From a virus: a stretch of 64,000 bases of DNA. The notes beneath the pieces are model-generated. The model made no database searches. It saw only the letters and a program-made list of their open reading frames with translations, and had not been told where the DNA came from. The stretch lies in IMG/VR virus record IMGVR_UViG_3300021142_001794, positions 3,958-67,957 of that record. One strand, 5' to 3'. This document shows positions 56,683-64,000 of this stretch, piece after piece; within the stretch, counting starts at the first letter, position 1; each line of letters opens with the position of its first letter. A program made the position numbers and the translations under genes.

Positions 56683-57690
56683 TTATACCATATTGTTTGT
56701 ATAATCCTTACTGCTGAATAAAAGATTCAATCCTGCATAAGATGTGGCAGCCGCTATTTGCGATGCTGTGTTATCATAAACCTCAAAAGAAAGTGCTGTT
56801 GTTGGTGCAGCTACGCCGACTGTATTTATCAGTATGTAGTTATTTCCGGCATTTAGGTTTATTGGATATATGTTCCAAAATTGATATAGCGGATTAGTTG
56901 CGGACGTTCCCAACTGTGCATTTATAGAAGCTACCCTTACTCCCTCATTATTAAATGTAATAATAGGCGAGTTATTCAAATATAATATAGTTGATGTGTT
57001 TGTGGATAATCCTATATAAACTTGTCTTGCGGTTGCTACATTTACATTTCTAAATATACCCAACCCATTAGCAACTAGAGTTGGCACATTGGCGGAAGAA
57101 ACACCAGCCCTATTAAAAGGTGATGATGTTGTATTTGGTACGTTGTTTATCCAAAAAGCATTTGATGTATTTATTCTTGTGACTGTACCTATACCACTAC
57201 TTGAATATCCTGTTTTATAAATTATACTTCCATCAATACCAAACGTGGTACTTCCCGTAAAACTATTTGTCACATAATTTGCATTCGTGCTTATAGATGA
57301 ATAATAATAGCTATTACCATTTGGCGCAACAGAGTAACATGATATAGATTCGTTGGGGCTAATGTTTGAACTTTGATAAAATACGGCTTGGTTTAGACTA
57401 TTCAATGCGGCAACTAAAGCACTAACACTATTTATGACACTACCATAGTTTACGGTAGCCATTTGATATGCACCACCGTTTACAGAATAAATAACGGTCA
57501 CATATTGAAAGTTATTTAATATCGCATCAGCTATCTCACTATGTACATTGTAAGTATAACTATTCTGTACGGAATTTCCGCTACCGCTACCACCTACCGC
57601 TTGCTGTGGCAATGGATTAAAAACAGATACAGGCTGTGGTATAGCCGTATTATTCTGCAATGTCAGCATTATAGTTGAAGGACTACCCAT
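56683..57690 (-). CDS. Beta-rich virion protein (vertex/spike candidate)
   Basis: N/S/T-rich; N-terminus resembles the first strands of the capsid candidate. Confidence 0.5.
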   Translation of the reverse strand: MGSPSTIMLTLQNNTAIPQPVSVFNPLPQQAVGGSGSGNSVQNSYTYNVHSEIADAILNNFQYVTVIYSVNGGAYQMATVNYGSVINSVSALVAALNSLNQAVFYQSSNISPNESISCYSVAPNGNSYYYSSISTNANYVTNSFTGSTTFGIDGSIIYKTGYSSSGIGTVTRINTSNAFWINNVPNTTSSPFNRAGVSSANVPTLVANGLGIFRNVNVATARQVYIGLSTNTSTILYLNNSPIITFNNEGVRVASINAQLGTSATNPLYQFWNIYPINLNAGNNYILINTVGVAAPTTALSFEVYDNTASQIAAATSYAGLNLLFSSKDYTNNMV

Positions 57691-57693
57691 AAA

Positions 57694-58089
57694 TTACATT
57701 AAATCGGTGTTTGAAAATTGCGTAGTATGTATGTAGATATTAATAGCTGCACTAGGAGGGATATAAGCATTTAGGAATGTCCTACTATTTAATACTATAT
57801 CTTTGTCGCCGTAATCCATATTTACTTGGTTTACTATCTGATATTGGCTCGGTAAAGTAAAACTGCTATCTTGGTCGAATGTGCCATCGGCATCGGTTAT
57901 TTGAAAAGCAAACGTGGTAAGCATACTGATTAGATTCGCAACGTTATTGGCAATAATATCAATCGAGTGTACTTTAAAATTATAAGTACCCAACTGATTA
58001 ACCACTTGGTTGTAAGTCACTCCCGTACTGGAGAAGCCCGATATTGTCACGGGTGACGTTCCTGTTACTATCGTAGGTACACTTGCCAA
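57694..58089 (-). CDS. Paralog of capsid candidate (minor capsid/penton-like)
   Basis: Collinear VTYxQ..ADG..QYQ..NIY..TQxS. Confidence 0.6.
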   Translation of the reverse strand: MASVPTIVTGTSPVTISGFSSTGVTYNQVVNQLGTYNFKVHSIDIIANNVANLISMLTTFAFQITDADGTFDQDSSFTLPSQYQIVNQVNMDYGDKDIVLNSRTFLNAYIPPSAAINIYIHTTQFSNTDLM

Positions 58090-58734
58090 TTATTTGTTTT
58101 TAAAGTATTTAACGTAAATGAATATAAAAGCACCAACGCCTATTAAAGCCAACCCTGTATTGTTGATAGTGTCGGCGTTACGAAGATACATAGAGTATAA
58201 ACTATCTTCGCTCCCATTCCATAATAACCCTTCATCTATTCTCCTATTGACAAGCCCACTAGAAACGCTTGAACCGTTATTGATAGTAATAGCGCAACTT
58301 TTTAAAGCAGTAGGAACATCGCCACCACTATTAATGGTATTGATTAATCCATTGTATTGTAAAGCACCTTCACCAGCATTATAAACATAGTCCAATATTG
58401 CTGCATACTGATAATCATTTAAGTTGGCTGTAATCTGACTTCTTATGTCCGATTCTTTAACTGTCATTTCTGCAAGCATTATAGCATCTGCTTGTGACTT
58501 GGTAATCGTAGTGCCAACTAAATCATTAGAACCATCGCTATTGTTAGCCGTGAAGCTACCCCAACCGATACTATAACCATTGGAAGTGTCCTTATAGGGA
58601 TATATTACAGTTGAAGGGTCTAAAGAAGATGTGTTGCTAAAATATTTTAAAGAATCTGTACTTTTGGAAGCCAGCCCCTCCCATTTTTTAGCAAATGCAC
58701 ACGCTATATTTATACTGTTTTGGTAGTCTGCCAT
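58090..58734 (-). CDS. GH24 lysozyme with C-terminal TM anchor
   Basis: WEG..Y.D...SIGWG..QYAAI.D..YN.G..GLVNRR.DE plus TM. Confidence 0.8.
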   Translation of the reverse strand: MADYQNSINIACAFAKKWEGLASKSTDSLKYFSNTSSLDPSTVIYPYKDTSNGYSIGWGSFTANNSDGSNDLVGTTITKSQADAIMLAEMTVKESDIRSQITANLNDYQYAAILDYVYNAGEGALQYNGLINTINSGGDVPTALKSCAITINNGSSVSSGLVNRRIDEGLLWNGSEDSLYSMYLRNADTINNTGLALIGVGAFIFIYVKYFKNK

Positions 58735-58736
58735 TA

Positions 58737-59009
58737 TTATTGTCCTCCACTTGTGTCTATGGTTAAATTAGGGTCGTCTGCACCCATTGTGCTGCCTGTT
58801 GATACATCAGCCGTGTTATCCGTTGATTGCACCGTTATTGGGGCTGCATCTTGAGTAGCAGTTGATAATGTATTGTCGGCTTGTTCTGCCGTCAATACTT
58901 GCTTGTAATTATGCCAAATAATTATAGAGCAAATGCCATAAGTCAACCCGGCTACTGCAACTATTCCCCCTATCGTATAAATCAATATCTTTTTTTGTTT
59001 GTCGGTCAT
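58737..59009 (-). CDS. Single-TM protein
   Basis: N-terminal TM. Confidence 0.6.
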   Translation of the reverse strand: MTDKQKKILIYTIGGIVAVAGLTYGICSIIIWHNYKQVLTAEQADNTLSTATQDAAPITVQSTDNTADVSTGSTMGADDPNLTIDTSGGQ

Positions 59010-59012
59010 AAA

Positions 59013-59540
59013 TTATCCATTTGTAGATGAAGCGATAAGGTTAGATGCCGTGGCTGCATTTTGTGAATTGATTAAACCAATAGGAAGCCTTAATAAAATA
59101 CCATCCAAAAAGCCTTTATTGATAGAATAATACCTAGCGGCTGATTGTGTAGGTGTCCATGTTTTATTTGGCGGCAATTGCGAAGGTGGTAAGTTTTCAT
59201 CTGTGTTGGCATCATAATAACCACTATTGGCAATAGCCTTTATTTGGTTGTACGGGTTTATTGCATTCGATACCCCGGCGTTAACATAATTAGGATACGT
59301 CTCCAATAGTTTCACATAATAGGCAAAGCAATCATAAGGTGTCTTGAATATTGCTTTACCCCCTGCAATACCAAAAAAGTTGTTCCTATGCGTTGCGGCA
59401 TAAGATGTACCGTAACCACTTTCATTGCAAGCTTGTACAAGCATAACGGCAAAATAGATATTGCTGCCATCCAATGCCTTAATCATATCATTGCCGTACA
59501 CCTTAGCAAAACTTAGCATCCTATTTACTGCTGCACTCAT
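59013..59540 (-). CDS. GH73 glucosaminidase-like muralytic enzyme
   Basis: QACNESGYG.S..NNFFGI..GYY. Confidence 0.8.
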   Translation of the reverse strand: MSAAVNRMLSFAKVYGNDMIKALDGSNIYFAVMLVQACNESGYGTSYAATHRNNFFGIAGGKAIFKTPYDCFAYYVKLLETYPNYVNAGVSNAINPYNQIKAIANSGYYDANTDENLPPSQLPPNKTWTPTQSAARYYSINKGFLDGILLRLPIGLINSQNAATASNLIASSTNG

Positions 59541-59917
59541 ATCTTGGCTATTAATATTTCTTTATCATTAAAATCGTAAACGGTAATATCTTTTTTTGTT
59601 TTTATCAGATATAATCCGTATGTGTTCTTTATTTCATTGTTCAAGTCGGTAAGTACCGCTTCGCTTTCATCAGCATTGTAAGCATCAATAAAAGCCCTTA
59701 TACAAGTCATTGCATTATCATATTGCGATTCATCGTAAATGGTAACGCCAGAACCAGTTGGTATAACCAAATGAACCCTGCCACTTGCATTTTTGGCAGC
59801 ACTTAATGGTATAGATGTAATTTGCTGCTCGCTTTGCTTTTTGGGCTTTAAAAGGATAAAAAAGGCGATACCCACTAAAACGTATATCAATGCTTTTTTT
59901 GCGCTATCGTTGTCCAT
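59537..59917 (-). CDS. Single-TM protein
   Basis: N-terminal TM. Confidence 0.6.
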   Translation of the reverse strand: MDNDSAKKALIYVLVGIAFFILLKPKKQSEQQITSIPLSAAKNASGRVHLVIPTGSGVTIYDESQYDNAMTCIRAFIDAYNADESEAVLTDLNNEIKNTYGLYLIKTKKDITVYDFNDKEILIAKI

Positions 59918-60252
59918 TAGTCGTTATTTTTGAAGTAATAAAATAATCCAACTATTGAAAATACACCAACTACGCCCAATATCAACCCATTATTGGCTTT
60001 ACTACTAGAAGGCTTTGCATCAAATAGTTTTGTTGATGATATTGCGATTAGCCTTGTAGTGTTCTTTTCATCTTCCTCATTCACTTCTTGTTTGTTATTC
60101 AAGTCGGAAATATGATTTGAAAGGATGGACTTTTGTTTGGTTAGTTCGTTTAAAGTACCAATACCGTACCTATTCATTTTTATGGAAGCATCAATATTTT
60201 TTATCGTGCTTTGTAGGCTATTGGTTAAGTCGTTTACGTTTATATCTGACAT
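59917..60252 (-). CDS. C-terminal TM protein
   Basis: Coiled coil plus TM. Confidence 0.6.
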   Translation of the reverse strand: MSDINVNDLTNSLQSTIKNIDASIKMNRYGIGTLNELTKQKSILSNHISDLNNKQEVNEEDEKNTTRLIAISSTKLFDAKPSSSKANNGLILGVVGVFSIVGLFYYFKNND

Positions 60253-60263
60253 TGGTTAATTAT

Positions 60264-61199
60264 TTAGAATCCAAATATGTTTGCGTTTGCCGCATCTGGT
60301 GTAACTAAGTTTTTAGGACTACCCGTTAGGCTACTGTAACTAGAACCATTAAAAGTAAAACTAGATTCTTGATTTGAAGCACTTTGATACCATGCTTGTA
60401 AAAATGGTATATCACTTACTGAATAAGCAGTAACGGGATTATCAGGGAAAGCTACTGTTTTAATTTGAGCATACAAATTATTTAAAGCATCCTGATTTAA
60501 AGAAGATGCGCCTTGTATGGTAATATTTGATGGGTCAACTATCCATGTGCCTTGATTATCACCATTATTGCAATATAAAACCAAATTATTATCTGAATCA
60601 ACCGATTGTGGGACATAGTTATTAAGATTTAGCGTTTTGCCTTTTTTAATATACATAACTGCGGGTTGACCTTGCAAGTGCAATGTAGTATCTTGTGAAA
60701 AATAAAGGTTTCCATTGACCACGGGTGTACCTCCCGAAAATACGGTTGGTGCTGCTTGTGATGCAAGTTGTTTGTAAGTAGATACAATATTTTGCGCTAC
60801 ATTACCCCTTTGAGGGTCTTGCTTATCTGCGGCTAATATACTTTGTATAGTTTTAATTAAATCGTCCTGACTATCAATTTGCGTTTTACCCGTTTGCTCT
60901 TTTAGTGCAGATAGTGTTATATCGCCGAAGTAACCAGATATAGGTGTAACACCTAGTATATCCTGTAGTTGCTTTATCGAATCATTTGTCATTCCTTTAA
61001 CTAGAGGGAATGTTGTTGCCGCCGATTGAACTTGTTGTTTTACGTTGTCGCTAGTGACTTTTTGCGGAGCGGGTTTTTGTGTTTCCGTTGGATTGATTTG
61101 AGATTTCTCTTTCAAATATCCGATTATTAAATAACCGCCATACCCTGCTGCTATTGCTAGTGGTATGTAAATAAACAAGTCATGTTTGTTAAATTTCAT
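60264..61199 (-). CDS. Membrane-anchored peptidoglycan-binding protein
   Basis: N-terminal TM; L.KG....IKQLQ..LG....GYFG..T..AL (PG_binding_1-like); TAACTTTG promoter at 61220-61227. Confidence 0.7.
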   Translation of the reverse strand: MKFNKHDLFIYIPLAIAAGYGGYLIIGYLKEKSQINPTETQKPAPQKVTSDNVKQQVQSAATTFPLVKGMTNDSIKQLQDILGVTPISGYFGDITLSALKEQTGKTQIDSQDDLIKTIQSILAADKQDPQRGNVAQNIVSTYKQLASQAAPTVFSGGTPVVNGNLYFSQDTTLHLQGQPAVMYIKKGKTLNLNNYVPQSVDSDNNLVLYCNNGDNQGTWIVDPSNITIQGASSLNQDALNNLYAQIKTVAFPDNPVTAYSVSDIPFLQAWYQSASNQESSFTFNGSSYSSLTGSPKNLVTPDAANANIFGF

Positions 61200-61321
61200 T
61201 TTTTTAGTTTTTATATTGGCAAAGTTAATTACAATTTTGCAATATAAGCTAAAATTATTAAATTAGGCGGTTTTTGTTTAGCCACCCTTACTGCATAGCT
61301 TTTTGTTTCATCAATATTTTT

Positions 61322-62088
61322 CGCACCTATCCCTCTAGGTACAGTGAGTTAAAATTGTTAAGTAATTTAGTAATTTTAATCTTTTGTTTCTTCATCTATA
61401 ATTTGTTCTTGCTGATTAAATTCGTTATAAAAAAATCCATTTTTGGTACTTGTACTAAATACTTCATATTTCTTTATGAAATCTTCCGGCATAGAATAAG
61501 TCCTTAAATTATCGGGTTTAATATTAATACTATATAGGTCTTTCATAAAAGAAATCTCCATTTGTTCATTCTCAAGAAAGTTTGGGATAATTATATCCCT
61601 AAATATTCTATTCCCTATAAGAGAAATTTCGGAATATTTTTTCAACATCTCATTTACGCTATTTATTTCATTTTTACTTTCTAATCTATATCCTTCTATA
61701 AGATTATTTGATAATTTTATCTTTTTTCCAAGTCGCCACATTGAAAATAAATAAGCCCCCCATATAAACATTAGGTACTTTATTGCCGTTGCTAACATTG
61801 ATAATAATACAATCATATTACTTTTAACTTTTAGGGAAAATGAACTATCAATCAAACATCTGCCAACCACATAATTTACAATTGGGTTTATAAAAATTGA
61901 TATGGCAATACAAATAATAGTTCCCAATATAAATTGATTTGTGCCATTTGAAATCCAATTCTTAAATTTTAATAACCATTTCATTCTTTACTTTTTTAGG
62001 TTTGCAATATACCTAAAAGAGTAATCAATCCATTTTACTAAACCCATTAGTACAATTATTCGTTACTGTACTTAAAGGGATAGGTGCG
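61322..62088. mobile_element. Non-autonomous IS1595-like cassette with passenger gene and 8-bp target duplication
   Basis: Inverted CGCACCTATCCCT ends; ATATTTTT at 61314-61321 and 62089-62096. Confidence 0.85.
61376..61984 (-). CDS. Passenger two-TM membrane protein
   Basis: Lies entirely between the IRs. Confidence 0.65.
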   Translation of the reverse strand: MKWLLKFKNWISNGTNQFILGTIICIAISIFINPIVNYVVGRCLIDSSFSLKVKSNMIVLLSMLATAIKYLMFIWGAYLFSMWRLGKKIKLSNNLIEGYRLESKNEINSVNEMLKKYSEISLIGNRIFRDIIIPNFLENEQMEISFMKDLYSINIKPDNLRTYSMPEDFIKKYEVFSTSTKNGFFYNEFNQQEQIIDEETKD

Positions 62089-62303
62089 ATATTTTTTGCA
62101 TAAGCATTTAATCTGTCGGCAAAGTGAGATATGTATTTAGTCGGTCTTTCTAAAAAATCAGCAGCATCGTATCCGTCTGGGAATGTTAATACCTTTAATC
62201 TTCTTTCTTTCAAATCGCCTATTCCCATATCATAAAGGATGTTGGGCTTAGATAGCTTCTTAGGTGGGCGATACTTGTTTCTTTTTCTAGTTGATTCTGT
62301 CAT
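62025..62303 (-). pseudogene. Gene interrupted by the cassette
   Basis: Removing 61322-62096 restores ..YAKNIDETKSYAVRVAK..; the current tail APIPLS.. is read from the IR. Confidence 0.65.
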
Positions 62304-62698
62304 ACTTTTTTATTTTTCAGGTGGGGGAATAATTTATAAAATCTTTTCCAAGCTGTTTTCCTGCATTTTTTTGGGTATCTGATTGTATTTGCGTTTCCAT
62401 TGCTAAAGCCACTGCCGCTTTTATGGTCTTTGTTGTCACTACGATTCCTTTTAGGCATGGAGTTATAAAATCTGCGTTCTATTCTCCTTTCGTGTTTAAA
62501 ATAAAGCCATTCAATCACCAATTCATCTTCTAAAAGATTCATCTTCCGGGCTAAAGCAAGTAGTTCGCCGAAATTCTTATCTTTTAAGGACAATTGCTCT
62601 AGTTTATTAAATAAACTGCCATTAGTGATATTACAAGTCTTTTCGTAATCACATATACTTAGTAAGTAATAAAAACGACTATTTTCTTTATTTTTCAT
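62300..62698 (-). CDS. Phage hypothetical protein
   Basis: IRYPKK.RKTAWKRFYKLFP. Confidence 0.6.
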   Translation of the reverse strand: MKNKENSRFYYLLSICDYEKTCNITNGSLFNKLEQLSLKDKNFGELLALARKMNLLEDELVIEWLYFKHERRIERRFYNSMPKRNRSDNKDHKSGSGFSNGNANTIRYPKKCRKTAWKRFYKLFPHLKNKKV

Positions 62699-62701
62699 AA
62701 C

Positions 62702-63511
62702 CTATTTTTTTATACTATCAAGAAAAAAGCAGTGTACTTTAAAAGCCCTTAATCTGGCTTCCGAGCCTTCGCTACCGTTGTTAGGAAATTCGGAAGGGTT
62801 ATTCCAGAAATCTTCTTCCCACTCTTTTCTTGTTCTCGTAAAAAATCCAAGTTGTATTTTTTCCACTCCATTTTTGTCTAAGAAAGAAGATGATGCGTAT
62901 TTATAAAGGGAGTTAGAAAACATCGCAGTATATCTAGTTACATTACACTCGTTGCCCAATTTGCACTCGTAGCCCAATTTGCAACCGTAGCCCAATTCGC
63001 AACCGTAGCCCAATTCGCAACCGTTGCCCAATTTGCAATAGTCGCCCAATTCGCAATAGTCGCCCAATTCGCAATAGTCGCCCAATTCGCAATAGTCGCC
63101 CAATTCGCAACCGTTGCCCAATTCGCAATAGTCGCCCAATTTGCAACCGTTGCCCAATTTGCACTCGTTGCCCAATTCGCAACCGTTGCCCAATTTGCAA
63201 TAGTCGCCCAATTCGCAATAGTCGCCCAATTCGCAATAGTCGCCCAATTCGCAACCGTTGCCCAATTCGCAATAGTAGCCCAATTCGCAATAGTCGCCCA
63301 ATTCGCAACCGTTGCCCAATTCGCAACCGTAGCCCAATTCGCAATAGTCGCCCAATTTGCAACCGTTGCCCAATTTGCAACCGTAGCCCAATTTGCAATA
63401 GTCGCCCAATTTTATTTTACTACTTGCTAATTCTTTTTCTAAATCTGATATGTTTTCATAATCAAATTCATTCCATTTAAAACTACTGTCTTGAAGATAA
63501 ATTTTTTTCAT
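62702..63511 (-). CDS. Hexapeptide-repeat (left-handed beta-helix-like) protein
   Basis: About 26 copies of (E/K)LGxxC; C-terminal IQLG..TRT..EW. Confidence 0.8.
   Translation of the reverse strand: MKKIYLQDSSFKWNEFDYENISDLEKELASSKIKLGDYCKLGYGCKLGNGCKLGDYCELGYGCELGNGCELGDYCELGYYCELGNGCELGDYCELGDYCELGDYCKLGNGCELGNECKLGNGCKLGDYCELGNGCELGDYCELGDYCELGDYCELGDYCKLGNGCELGYGCELGYGCKLGYECKLGNECNVTRYTAMFSNSLYKYASSSFLDKNGVEKIQLGFFTRTRKEWEEDFWNNPSEFPNNGSEGSEARLRAFKVHCFFLDSIKK
62946..63413. repeat. 18-bp tandem repeat, about 26 units
   Basis: gcccaatt(c/t)gca core with limited variants. Confidence 0.9.
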
Positions 63512-63537
63512 TTTTCTATTTTTTAATTAATAATAAC

Positions 63538-63771
63538 CTATTCATTTATCATTTCCATTAAAGGCAATATTTTTTCGTACTTTTCTTTTATTACCGTTCC
63601 GACAAAACTTTTTTCAGAGTTGAATACTTGTTTTATCTGCCTACCACCACGAAGATTATTACTTTCGATAAATAGTATATCGCCAGAGGTGAATAGCATT
63701 TCATTTATACTAAAATTGCCTATTGCTTTGTACTTAAAGATGTTTTGCTTCATACTTATTTTTTTTTCCAA
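63538..63771 (-). CDS. Hypothetical protein
   Basis: ORF upstream of the repeat gene. Confidence 0.5.
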   Translation of the reverse strand: MEKKISMKQNIFKYKAIGNFSINEMLFTSGDILFIESNNLRGGRQIKQVFNSEKSFVGTVIKEKYEKILPLMEMINE

Positions 63772-64000
63772 AATTACGGAAATGGATTAATGATATTTAA
63801 TAAAATCGACTAAATGGGGTATATTGACTACTAAAGTATATATAATATATATTAATCACCCCCCCCTCTTCCTTCCCTCTCTTGTTTTAATACTTATTAT
63901 TTCAATTGTTTCGAACTTGTAGGAAAATCCGCAGGACTGAATATATTTCACAACGGCTTTAATATCGGCGAGCGGGTGAAGTGTGATTGCATCGGTTTGG

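Noticed and set aside
62943-63398. Alternative-frame RIGRLL ORF
   Set aside because: By-product of the stop-free tandem repeat.
62946-63413. Possible CRISPR array
   Set aside because: Contiguous 18-bp in-frame units with no unique spacers and no cas genes.

Overview
AT-rich (~33% GC by eye) segment of a large Bacteroidota virus. Host assignment rests on many TAnnTTTG -7 promoters, A-rich starts without Shine-Dalgarno, a DUF3127 SSB and signal peptides cleaved before Gln. Layout: IS-disrupted mom-like gene and a 4-tRNA cluster (1-1.25 kb); replication/recombination genes (primase-helicase, Bet/RecT) and two divergent arrays of small early genes (1.3-16 kb); nucleotide metabolism (16-20 kb); lysis (20-22 kb); a long minus-strand virion module (22-50 kb and 56.7-61.2 kb); glycosylation genes (51-55.7 kb); IS1595-type debris. 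The virion module has more than 25 small membrane proteins, a P9/A32-type FtsK-HerA packaging ATPase, a beta-rich capsid candidate with paralogs, and polyvalent proteins. I see no terminase, portal, HK97 capsid or tape measure in the window, which suggests an unusually large tailless, membrane-containing phage. Top finding: an unannotated 22-codon leader ORF (1174-1242, minus) carries consecutive Phe-Ser-Trp-Tyr codons inside a complete 1:2 / 2:3 / 3:4 attenuator, directly upstream of tRNA-Phe, -Trp, -Tyr and -Ser. This looks like ribosome-mediated attenuation that makes viral tRNAs only when the cognate host tRNAs are depleted. Other leads: two recurring candidate protease-cleavage motifs, a ~300-nt structured RNA, an ~80-nt sRNA, and a transposase-less IS cassette with an 8-bp target duplication. 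All product calls are from motif recognition by eye; no searches were run.
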